A DNA stretch of 59,726 nucleotides, filler included, from Sluysia triapertura (lineage: Eukaryota): assembly GCA_046118255.1 (NCBI GenBank). It is 5 parts of 5 records of this genome, joined end to end, with 100 filler letters (N's around TTAATTAATTAA, not from the genome) between each part and the next. Parts side by side here need not be neighbours in the genome. Positions count along the whole stretch, not along the records: positions 22,392 to 35,358 come from JBJNIA010068288.1; positions 35,459 to 48,708 come from JBJNIA010050339.1; 3 more parts are not named here. One strand, given 5' to 3'. The position numbers and the translations under genes were made by a program. Positions 26,715 through 38,750 of the stretch are shown piece by piece. The first letter of the stretch is position 1. Each line of letters begins with the position of its first letter. The notes beneath the pieces were generated by a model. It worked only from the letters and a program-made list of their open reading frames with translations. It made no database searches and had not been told where the DNA came from.

Positions 26715-26835
26715 GAATTATGGAAGAATACTTGAGTGACATAGAGAGTAGTGATCGTAGTGATACTAGCAGTGACAATGATGAAGAAACAGTGATGAGT
26801 AGTTTTACTTGGCGAAATATGAACAATTTTTAACG
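26715..26835 (+). other. Acidic N-terminal peptide, possibly a piggyBac-like transposase remnant
   Basis: MEEYLSDIESSDRSDTSSDNDEE...FTW; a similar acidic peptide lies at 53770-53845; no catalytic domain seen. Confidence 0.25.
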
Positions 26836-27599
26836 TTTTTTGCGTCCTGCGAGTGCTATATTGCAAAATGTAGTTGTACTGAAGGGGTTGATTTAGTGAA
26901 TCATTCGGTTCTGTTCATCGAAATTAAACTTAGCAAAGGATAAATTTATGTTACGCCAATTTTTTGCAACCTTAGTTAAATATGTACCGAACAACATTTT
27001 AATTTTTATTGTTATTTGTTAAATTGTACATAGAAAACCTTAAATTTAAATGGTGAATAATGTATCAAGCTAATTATCTGCTTGGTTAGGAATGGCGCTA
27101 TTATTTCAGACGTCATCAATATTAATTCAACTAGAATTTTAATAAGTAAAATAAATAATTTTAATAATGTACACTTTATGACATAGTTATGAAAAATGGT
27201 TTATATATAAATGATCGAATTTATAATTATTCTCTGAAGGTTAGTTCTGAATTTATTCCTGAGGGTAGAGAGAAAAGTGCTATTTTTTATAGTTAAAATA
27301 AGTTTGTTCTAAATTTATTTACTCATAAATGCATTAAACTAATAATACATGTTTGATTGTTGATGATAAAGGTTTATTTAATTTTAGAATTTATTTAAAA
27401 TTATTTAAATTAATTGTATTTAATTTTAATAATTTAAATAATTTATTAACAAATAAAAGACACTCTTGACCAAAAAACATAAATTTATTTAATAAAGATT
27501 GTTAAATTTTCAGTCTGGTTGACCTAAAAATTTTAATTTACTTCTAGTAATGAATTGTTTGTGCGGCAAAAAGATACCATAGGTTTAGTGGTTCTGATT

Positions 27600-28900
27600 T
27601 GAAATTTGTTGACCTTTGGAATGTCGTCTACTTCATTGTTTCTTAATGATGTGATAAGTCTGCTTATTCTATCATATGTTGATTGAAGTTGTCGTCTGTG
27701 GCTTTGCCGCGATCAATTTCTTCAATATTTAGATAATATCTGCATCATTTGCCAAACTTAACACATATTTCAAATTCGTTGATCTGAGTACATTGTGCCA
27801 AACGTTTGTGTTAAAAAAGTGCTGTATTCGAACTAATCATATCCTTATTTTTGTTGTTGAAATCGATGATTGGATTAAATTTATTCCGTTGCTTACTTTT
27901 ATATATCGTAGCTTGTTGCGCTTGGGAGTTTAGCATTCTTTTAAACATTTGACTTTACCGAACATTTTATATGACTGGTACATTACATCTTCGTCTATCA
28001 CTTTGTTATCCAGCATAATGTGATTAACATTACATATAACAATGTTTTGTACGTTGGACTTGAGATCTATATGATCTTGATTATTTAATGATTCAAATAA
28101 CTGTTCAACATATGGTAAATTTCTGTACAACACTTAGCTACTAATTATAGTAATCTAGAACGATTGCTGCGAGCGTTTTTTTCTAATTTTTTTGAATCGT
28201 CTAGACATGATTGTGGAACATACCAATCCAACATTGAATTAAAGACATTTAATTTACCCCAATCTAATTCTGAATAAATTAATTTTATCTTGCGATCTAT
28301 CAATGATATCAATAAGTACTACACAAATAGTCATAATAATTTCTCCATTGTACTTGGTATTTTTGTAAATGATCATTTACTACAAAAGCTGTCATATCAT
28401 GTTTAATAGTTCTATTAAGATCAGATGCATTCATATTGTAGGAATATTTTGAGGGTTCTGACTTATCATTAAAAGAAAATATTTTATTAGCCTATAAAAT
28501 AAAATTAATTTCGAAAACTCAACAATGTATTGTCGTTGATAAGGTATGCTTATCCATTCATATATTTTTCGATTACTATCACTATCTTTTAATTGATGTA
28601 ATGTTGGCAAGACTAAATATAAAATGAAATCATTTTGAGCTTGATTACGAGTACCCATCAAGTCTGTCCATAAAATAGACGATAATTTTAATCGATGTTC
28701 TAAGTCAAGTTTACGGTAACAAATTTTTGTAAACTTTTGAATAAAATTTAGTATTATGATTGAAAATGAATTATCATTGTAAAGGTTTATAAAATACTCT
28801 AATTTAGCATTATTCATTGATGATGACTTTAATCGATTACACATAAACATATCAGTCACAATAACTTTTTGTCTTTAAATTGGAAACTAATTTTTTATAA
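27600..28900 (-). pseudogene. Decayed intronless cargo ORF B, function unknown
   Basis: ORF pieces 28431-28859 and 27930-28133; the frame continues past the stop (TPKRNKLRYIKVS...FFNTNVWHN). Confidence 0.55.
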
Positions 28901-29042
28901 CTGTGTCCAATTACTCTTACTATTATCTTTTCTATTCTACTTGTTCAGTGACTGAGTTTTTCACTGTTTACTTGCTTTTGTAGTACCAAAATTTTAAAAC
29001 TAATTATTTTTTGATTTGAAGGATAATTTTTATAATTTTTGT

Positions 29043-29101
29043 TGATTGGTCATTCAATCAGAAAAGCAGTACAAAAATGAGATTGATTGGATGTCCAATC
29101 A
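29043..29101 (-). promoter_or_regulatory. CCAAT palindrome of copy B
   Basis: tgattggtcattcaatca ... tgattggatgtccaatca; 18-bp arms with 2 mismatches. Confidence 0.65.
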
Positions 29102-29789
29102 CTATTATGATAGGTATGTGTGTATATTAACCATACTGAATTAGCCAACCACAAACATCTAATGAATCAGCAATTGAAAAATTGTGGCAAGCAATTGAAT
29201 TTTTGTGAGAAATCATCTGTCGTAATTGACAGAAATTAAATTAAAATTTTTGCTGTTTACATGTTAATAGTTATATAATAATAATGAAAATAATAAAAAT
29301 GGAGATAATAATGATGAAATGAAAATAATAATAATATCATTAATATAATTATATTAAATACATAGATCTCGTTTTATCTTTTCTTTTTCTTGACATATAA
29401 ATAAATAAAATTAATTTAAATAAGGTTTTATTTGGTTAAGTTGTTAAAAATGATTAGAAGTATGCGTTTAATGTTTTTTAAAAGTGTTGATGTTTGAGTG
29501 TTTAAGAATTGTGAGCTTGAAATGTTTTGGATTGATTTTGAAATATATATTTGGTAGTTTGAAATGTGAATAGTAATTTTAGTGTTGTAGAATTGTGAGC
29601 TAAAAATATTTTAAATGAATTTGAACTGTCCATTGATGATTTTGAATGTAAGTATGATTTTAATGTTATAAAGTTGTGAATTTAAATGTTTTGAAATGTA
29701 AAAAGGTTTTAATAGATCTGAGAAAGTAGGATGTAGATTGTATCTTTTTGTAATTTTAATAGGTTTTGTTTTGAAAATGAAGCCATAAT

Positions 29790-30410
29790 GATGGCGAAAT
29801 TATTTCCAATTAGGAAGATAAGATAATTTTTGATTCTGCTGTAGTTCATGGAAGAAAATATTAATTGTATTGTTAAAAAGTGTAAATATCAATTAAATAA
29901 AGTATCACAGATTCGAAAATTTATTAATAAAGTAACAGCTAAACTTAATGTTCATTCATATACTCATGTACTAAATTTAATATAGAAAAGTGCAGCAAGA
30001 AGATCTCATCAACACCTTATCCTAAGGAATTATATTGGTTGGCAATAAAAGCAAGAATATAATTCAAAATCATCACAATAATTTACAAATGCTTACATTA
30101 AGGAAATCTTGAATATCATTTAGATATAAATCGAAAATTGGAAAGCAAGATGAATATTTCATTGAGACTTAATAATCTGTACAGAATCCCACAATGATAG
30201 GTTGTATACTGTTTATGTATCAAAAATATACAACCAGTTACCAGAGAATGTCAAATTACTAGAAGATTATGAAATACATAAGGAAAAGGTAAAGTTCTTT
30301 CTGTTTCAGAAATACCACAGTGGATGATTCATTTTAAGTGCCTTTGAGTACATACTATTCAGTAGATATGAGCGTAATATAAATTAATATATTATTATTA
30401 ATATCATTAT
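29790..30410 (+). mobile_element. L2/CR1-clade LINE 3' remnant
   Basis: Broken RT C-terminus (MEENINCIVKKCKYQL..IRKFI...AAR...ELYWLAIKARI*FKII.IIYKCL) and an L2-style tail gcctttgagtac...gagcgtaatataaat...tattattatta. Confidence 0.8.
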
Positions 30411-31314
30411 TCAAACCGTATAGAAAATAAAATAAAATCCAAATTATAATAATCTCAACATTTTTCTGGTACCATAGTTACACAATTATTTAACTAAATA
30501 AACGTCATTGTTATTAAAAGTACTTTTTTAAATTACAATAAGTAATAAAAATCATATTAAAAATTAATGTTGTTAATATTATCAAATATTATTATATTTT
30601 CTTAAAATTACATATAAGACTACATTGAATATTAATAATGTTTTTTCTGTATTTGATTCTTCTTATAATAGACTTTCAGCTTTTTTGAATTAATTTCTTT
30701 TACTGCGTTTTGAGTAGTAGGCATTTATAATAGTAATTTTTCTTGCTAAAACAAATTAATAACTATATTTAATTGTAATAATGATATTATCATTTCTCTA
30801 AATTTATCATTATTTATACATATTTTTTCCAGTTTTAGCTTATATTCTATTTTAATGTAATATTTTAACACTTTTTCAAAACTTTTATAATTAAAATTAA
30901 GCGAACTTATAACAAAATCTATTTTCATAATTAAATTAAAGAATATTAAATAAGAATATGTAATATCAGAAACTAAATTAATTTGGTTCTTTTATTTTTT
31001 GGATATTTCAATTTTCAATAATAATTTTCAATATTACTAACAAGATGGATTATCTTCATCTTAAAAACCAATATGATTAATAAATGGGTTTAGTAAATTG
31101 TCACATTTTCAATTGGAATTTTTGAGGAAATCAAGTTATGCTAGAAAAACTAAAACCATTAATAAATTAGTATTAGTTCTGGAATGATAATACTTTCAAA
31201 TAACAAATGAAATAATTCTTAATGCTTGTAATTCTATACCTTTTCTTTTTCGGCTAAGTATAGTGATAATTAATTTAAAAACCGACTCTAAATAAAGAAA
31301 TACAAAAGATTAAT

Positions 31315-31420
31315 AAAATAAAATAAAAATATATAAATAAAAATATATAAATAAAAATATAAAAATAAAAATATAAAAATAAAAATATATAAAGATTAAA
31401 TAAAAATATATAAAGATTAA
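31315..31420. repeat. A-rich minisatellite (aaataaaaatatat-like units)
   Basis: Directly visible. Confidence 0.8.
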
Positions 31421-32099
31421 TTCTGCTTACATTAATCTATTTGCAATAATTTTAAATATTATAATTTTATCAAATGATTTATAATCACTATATGATTAAA
31501 TCGTGCAAGTTGGTTCTGAAATCGTAGTTCATCGTAGAGATGGAAGTGTAAAAATTAAATTAAAGTCTCAAATCTCTCTCTCTCTATACTCAAAAATAAA
31601 TTAAACATTTAACACTCTAAGACATTTGTTTAATAAATAAATTTTATTATTTTATATAAAATTTTATTTTTATCAAAATTTTTCAATTAAAATTAATTTT
31701 CATCAATGACGAATTTGAAACATATTGACAAATACGATTTAAAATTGTTCCATTACACTTGATCAAAGCTATGTAATCTATTTATTAATTCATATATGAA
31801 AAACTTCCATTATATGGTGACGGTACGACCAATTTTATCTTCACATGAATTAATTTTCTTCGAAAGTTATTCAGTATATAAATTCTGTTAGTGGTTATGA
31901 GTTGGTTTGTCTTTATTTCTGTGCCTTAGTATTCATTTTTTCAGTTCTATTTTAATAGAATCATATGCATTTGCGTAATTCTACCAGAATTGCAGCACGT
32001 TTCACTCAAAGTTTCGTAAATTCTGTTTTTGTATCCTTTAGTTTATTTCGTGATTTAAGATCATTTTAAGTTTTTCCTTTTTAGTTTTATTTTCTTTAA

Positions 32100-33625
32100 A
32101 ATTTTATAATAATTTTAATTTATTAAAAAAATCAAATGAATATAAAACAAATAACAATAAATTTAATCAAAAAACGATTAATCTTAATAATACCTACAAA
32201 GTGGTTTTAGTAGCGGGTGAAGATAAAAATAGGGAAAGTATTTTTAAAAACTTCAGAATAAATAAGTCAGCTAATGATGGCATTAACCAATCTCATCTTA
32301 AATACAAGTTCGAAAATCTACCAAAACTTGTAATTAATTTTTTAAGTAATGATATTAGTGATAGTGATTTAAGTACTGATATTACTGATTAAAATATAGA
32401 AACTGAAAGATTAGTTAAAAATGTTGAAACTCTAAACTTCAAGATTTCTAGATCTAATCGAGATGGCTTTTTTAAAAAAGGTTTATATTAAAATAGGACT
32501 CTAAATCAAGGAATGTTTTGATTTGAATGGTAAGTTTTCAATGTATCAATGTATCACTTTAAAACTTTTGGTCACAATGCTTCTAATTACGAATATATAT
32601 TAAATAATCCAATCTGTTTATATAATTCGGACTTTTTCGAATTAACGGAATGAACAATTCTGTAAGTATTCATCATGTAGCTACTTCCCACAAATGTCCA
32701 AAATAAATGAAAATTTTAAAAAATAAGAAAAATTATGACTGTAAATGAAAAACCAAATTTGGAAAAGGTCTAAATTAGTTTTCAAAATATTTCGTCTATT
32801 CAAAATAAAATTATAAAATTATATTTTAAATACATTATATTATTTTCGAAGAAGCCAAAGAAGTTTTGATAACAGGAGTTTTTAATACAAAAATGAATGT
32901 AAAAGATGTTCCATGCAATGAACTGCCAAAAATTAAAACTCATAAATATTGTTAGTAATAATGCTTCTGATGTAAAAGTGAATGACCTGTTAGACACATG
33001 ATGAATAATGTTTGGTATAAAAAATGTCGAATATAAAAACTTATCAAAAGTAACATTGAGGAGCTTCATTAGAATTATCGAGTAAATTGGAAGAAATAAC
33101 AAATTTTATGGATAATGCAGATGTACTTGGAGAATTATGCAACAGAACGTTTACATTTTATTTAGTTAAGCATGTACTTTTAGAGTGCAAAAATGTTGTC
33201 TAAAACATGATCCTAATGAGAAAGTTTGGTTTAATTATTAAATTAGTGAGTTAAGAAGAATAAGACTTAAAAAATAAAAATTAAAAAGCTGAAAGAATAT
33301 AAATCAAATAAATAAATAAATTAAATAAATCAAATATTAAATGAGAAATTCAAAAGAAGTATACCATACATGAATTTGAATTTAAAAAAGTTAATGAAGA
33401 TGATTTAATAAGGATCTATTGACTAAATACCAAATAGATTTATCAGAAACAATTCAATTTCTGGATTTATTAAAAATTAACTTTTCTTCATGTGAAAAAG
33501 TATCTGTTGCATTTAAATAATCACAGACTCGTATCAAATATAACATTATTTCCAAAACTGTTTGAAAAAGCAGTTTACAACAAAAGCGATCAAAGTTCTT
33601 AGGTAAAAATAAACTCATTGCATAA
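32100..33625 (+). mobile_element. Heavily decayed LINE (ORF1 knuckle plus ORF2 fragments)
   Basis: FGHNAS..HHVATSHKCP zinc-knuckle remnants; KVWFN, FEFKKVNEDDL and SNITLFPKLFEKAVY..FLGKNKLI resemble CR1/L2 ORF2 motifs. Confidence 0.6.
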
Positions 33626-35358
33626 ACTGCGATTTTATTTCCGACAAATATGCAGAGTTATTCAAAACCATTCAAACAGTCAACCGATTTACCAGTATAA
33701 AATACAAATTCAATTGTAGACTCGCTAAAAACAAAACTTAGATAAAATAAACATAAAATAAACTTTAAGAACTAAAAACAGCTTAAATTAAATTAAATTT
33801 TTTTTACACATAAAAAGTTTCAACTTTAACTTAAACATTTAAGATTAATAAGATTATTAAACATTTTAGTTTCACTGTATATTTTGCCAGATAGTTTACT
33901 ATTCCTTCCACTTCTCTCTTTATATTTTTAATACCTCTTGATACGTTCCCAGTCATTCAATTCTTATATTTGTAATAAACTTTATTATACAAAATATCAC
34001 TGTCAACCACAAACATATCATATTTTATATACATTTTATAGCGTTCCTTTCCTCAAACAATCACAACGTTAATTCAAACAATAACACATCAGAATCTGAT
34101 TTATTCAAAAAATTAATACTCTACACGCTCAATACGAATTAATATTAGATCAAATATAGAAATAACTTTTCTTCTACGTAATCTATGCTGTTCAACAGAT
34201 TTTCAATATATAATTAATGTTTTACGAGTCCAAGTTGTAACCGATTTTTACTTGTATGATGAGCAGAATTATGTTTTTTGAAAATAAAATATTATTGTGC
34301 AGAGAAATTTGCATTCAAATAAATCGAGAATCTTACAGTCGAAAAACTCAGTAGTAATCTTTTAATATTTTATGTATCCAGTAAAATTTTGTTCAAACCT
34401 TTTAATAAGCATTTTTATTATAAAGTGAGATTTTTTATTGTATATTAAAACAGAGTATCATAATTCATTATTTTTGTTATAATTGAGAAACTTAAATGAA
34501 AAATAATTTTAGTCTATAATAAATTACAGTTTGGAATAAGCAGTATTAAGATTTAAATAAATCTTAAACGAACTTTGATACTAACGTATACTATAATGAA
34601 TTTATAATGAATGACTTCTCTAATGGCCGAGTAGAGAGTTAAACATTTCCTTGAAAAACTAAAATTTAATATGTTAATGTAATTGAAATTAAAACAAAAC
34701 TTTACTATAACAATCTGAGTCAACATAAATTGTTGCATAGTTTTCAATTAGATATAAACAAGGGTTTTGTCATCAAACTATCATCAACCAGAGTATTTTC
34801 ACGGATTTGGGTTAAAATCAAACAATGTTAAAGCTCACTTAATCAGTCTTAAGATAAACAATATCTTTTCATGTTCAGTAAAATCCACTGGGTTCAATAT
34901 CTATATATTCACATTGAAAAATGGTTTCTCATACAACATCGACTAAATAAACCCAAATACTTAACATTAGAGCAGATTATTAAACAGAAACAGCTATTTT
35001 AAGAATAAAGTATGATATTTTAAATGGTTTTCACTGGTTTTAATGTGTTTTTATAGTTATGTTAGATAGAGTAGATCGTGACATTATTTTGTGACGTGTT
35101 TCTCATTTGGTTCAATAAGACGGTTTGAATAATATTTAAAAGAAAGAAGACAACATGTTTTGTAGAATAACGTGAAGACACATGAGGTTTACATATATGT
35201 GGGTTAAAAAAGAGAAAATATTGGAATATCATTACGGAACTCCGTATTTATTTGACAAATGACACCTGAAATAAGAAACACAATTTTAAATTGCTTTTGT
35301 ATTACAGGAAGTGCCCCATTTTTAAATCTGAAAAATTGAATTAACCAGCATTTTCAGC

Positions 35359-35458
35359 NNNNNNNNNNNNNNNNNNNNNNNNNNNNNNNNNNNNNNNNNN
35401 NNTTAATTAATTAANNNNNNNNNNNNNNNNNNNNNNNNNNNNNNNNNNNNNNNNNNNN
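35359..35458. other. Artificial contig spacer
   Basis: N block with TTAATTAATTAA. Confidence 0.98.
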
Positions 35459-35652
35459 TGAGGGCTTGGTTGGACGAATTCTTTGAGTCAAGACCGGGAG
35501 ATTTCTATCGCCGAGGCATCGAAAAACTTATTGAATGATGGGAGGAAGTTGTAAACAACAACGGAGAGTATATTATTGATTAAATCGTTGTAGTATTTTT
35601 GTTTAAAATAAATTTGAAAAAAAACGCTCATGAATTATTCCTCAACCCAATA
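35459..35652 (+). mobile_element. Mariner transposon 3' end with TIR and TA
   Basis: RAWLDEFFESRPGDFYRRGIEKLIE*WEEVVNNNGEYIID* (35461-35583), then aaaacgctcatgaattattcctcaacccaa-TA. Confidence 0.93.
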
Positions 35653-37042
35653 TTATAGAGACTTTTCATTTATACTTGTGATTTATTGAAGAATATATCG
35701 AGATTCTGAATTTATTTAATTATCGAGTTTTAATTTGATAATTTAAAAATGAAAATATAAAAAGATACAACACTTTTTATACAAAATAGATATTTATAAA
35801 AAACGACAAGATAAGTGTTTTAAACAAAAAATAATTAACAATAAATAAGAAAATAAATGTTCATCACATTAGGTGTTTTTTTCTAATGCGTTTCGATGAT
35901 GTTTTAATAAAGATTTTACAACGAGCGCAAAAGTCTTATACCTTATGTAAGTAAGTACAACTTGGGCAACAAAAATTACAAATTCAATTTTAGAAATCAG
36001 TGGAATTCCGGATCGGATATATGACGATAACTTCTTAGCAAAATAGCGTTGAATTTAGTCAATTTTTGTTTGCCGGATTAGAAATAATTTGACAATTTAC
36101 CACTGCTGCTTCGTTGTAGTAAATGATAAACTCTGTCGAATTTGTCAGTTTACCACCAATAGCAAAGTGATGGATTCGTTAATAAGAATCCTCTTTGTTA
36201 ATTTATTCGTCTACTTATTAAGATGAATTAAAATAATCCATTATTTAAAAAGTAAACATTTATTTCCATTCAATATTTTCATTATTTTTTTCTAAAAATC
36301 CATTAAAATTTTCTATTTAATATATTTATTTTTCAATTTCTAAAATTTTTCATTTTGTAAATGCCCTCAAATATTGCTACACTATTTTAATCGTTACGTA
36401 TTTTTAATGTTGATTTGTAATGGAAACAAAACCTGAAAATCTAAATAAATTTTTTAATTTTCAATAAAATTGCTAAATAAATAAATCAATTTATTTGCTT
36501 TTAACTAAATGTAAATAAAATAAAAATTAAAAAACTTAACAGCTGCATAATTAAATATTAGTGTAATATTATTCAAATTAAAAAATAAAGAACAGCTTAA
36601 ATCAAATTTCGAAAAGATATAAAACGACAAAACTAATTCCAATAACAGTGTAATAGAAATTGGAAACAATATTTGTCATAAAGAATTTTAGAGTTAATTA
36701 TTAAAGGATTTTCTGATGTTAATTAGTCAATATCTTATCGAAAAATTAGTAACTGGAGAAAAAAACATTCATTACAGTCAAAAGTAAACAGACTATTCTT
36801 ATTCAAAATTATTTTAATAAGTTTCTTGCTGTTATGTTGACGCATCCTTACGGAAGTAACAAAATATGACTCAAAATCTTAAATTATTTATGCTAGTTTA
36901 AGCTAGCAACAAAATCTTAAATTCAATATTTTAAAGCAATAAAGGAAGACATTGCATAATACCACTTGCTTACTATGCAATTCAACTTTTGAATAATAGT
37001 AACTTAAAGTAATAAAGTAATTTAACATTAATCAAGATAATA

Positions 37043-37112
37043 TAAAATTAGAATTGTTAGACGTCATTAAATGGACTGATCGGAATTCGAACCGTCTAAC
37101 AATTTCATTTTA
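37043..37112. repeat. Isolated inverted repeat
   Basis: aattgttagacg (37052-37063) pairs perfectly with cgtctaacaatt (37093-37104), extending imperfectly outward. Confidence 0.7.
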
Positions 37113-38750
37113 TTATAGTCAATTACACTGTTGGGAAAATGATTGATTAAATCTTACAGAATAAAAGTACATAGGTAAGTCACCAACATATCTAGACCGT
37201 TGGATTTCTAAGAAATTAATATTTTGCGATTAATGATTTTAAATTTAAATTAATTAACGACACAACAATAATAAAGATAATTTAACTAGTTTCACAATGA
37301 AACTGTGATATGCATGAAGATAGTAAGTTAAGAATAACGAATTTTTTATTTTATTTTAGTTAATATTTTGTATGTCTAATATGCAAAAAAAGAACGCAAA
37401 AGTTTAGGCTTAGCAAGTTTAATTAAGATAAATAATACAAATGGAGTATTTTAACTAAGATTGCTAACAAGTTTTGAGGAAAAAGATTTACTTAACTAGA
37501 TGGATGATGGTGCCAACATTGCACATATAGGATTATTAGTAGAAGGAAAATATTAGTAGATACAGATTTGATAAAGATTTAATAATGATAGAAATCGAAT
37601 AAACAATTTGTATGGAGTGACAATTAGCGACAAACAAAGAGTTAATTAAAAAATTTCATCATTCAAATATTACAAGGCAAAAATAAACAAAAAAGGAAAA
37701 GCAGTCAGACCACAATCTTTAAATATTTAAAATCATTGAAATGATTTCGAAATAAAATTATTATTATATTAAGAACAGAGAGGTTTAATGAATTAATAAT
37801 TACTGTGAATAAAGTCGCTGAGTGTTTCTTAGAAAAAGCTTATGGAGGCGCATCTACAAGAATAGTGAGCAACTAGTAACGTAAAAAGTAAATCAAAACT
37901 ACCATTAATCTTTACAGTGCGCCTATGCAATAGCTAATTTGAGGGTCTAATGTAAGTATTTAATTTTCAAAGATCTTTGATTAAATCTTATTAAAATGAA
38001 TCTATTTACGTTTATTTACTAAAAAAGATATTTTTCAAATAATATAACACTAAACAAAATATCAACTGGCCTAAATAATTATAAGAACAAAATTGTTATT
38101 ATCAAAATCAAATTTTATCAATTAAATATAAAAATATAATACCTATAAAAATGTTAGGAACAAATTTTTTGAGGTTTTATTCACCATTATTAATCAAATA
38201 TTTTAATTATGATTTTGTGGCTATCTTAAAGCCAGTCTTAAAAAATCAAATGAGTTTAGGTAATATTTTATGGATCTGTTTGGATTGCTCAACTGTGGAT
38301 CTGGAGACGAATGAAAACATATAAAATCATAAAATGAAGGAGAAACTGATACAAATTGATGGATTGAACATTATAAACATTGTTGAAATAAGAATCATGA
38401 AAAATAAAACATTTATAATAATATTAACAGCTAAAGAATATCTTAAGGTTCCAAAGACCTATATAAGGGTTTGAGATCTTATGGAAACTTGAGATGCATT
38501 AAAAATAACCTTAAAGGTACCTTTGAACATTAGAACCTTTAGATCATTTAAGAACTTAGTAACTTTTAAGTATCTTGGTATATCAATGAGCATTTGAGAT
38601 CCTGTAGTAATCTTATAAAATGTTTAAAATCTTTGAAATAGTTGAGAAATAAAATCATTGTTATTGGAATTAAGAATAAATCTAATATAATAATAATTAA
38701 TATGAAGAAGTAGAAAAGGGAATCAGAGAGGCGAAAGTGAAAACATCTAG

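Larger units (their letters stand above)
27465..29790 (-). mobile_element. Cargo cassette copy B, convergent with A; 5' end abuts an L2 remnant
   Basis: Reverse complement of 29580-29735 aligns with 24130-24280; atatgtcaagaaa...gatctatgtatt then AAT tract; CCAAT palindrome at 29043-29101; 3' end uncertain. Confidence 0.7.
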
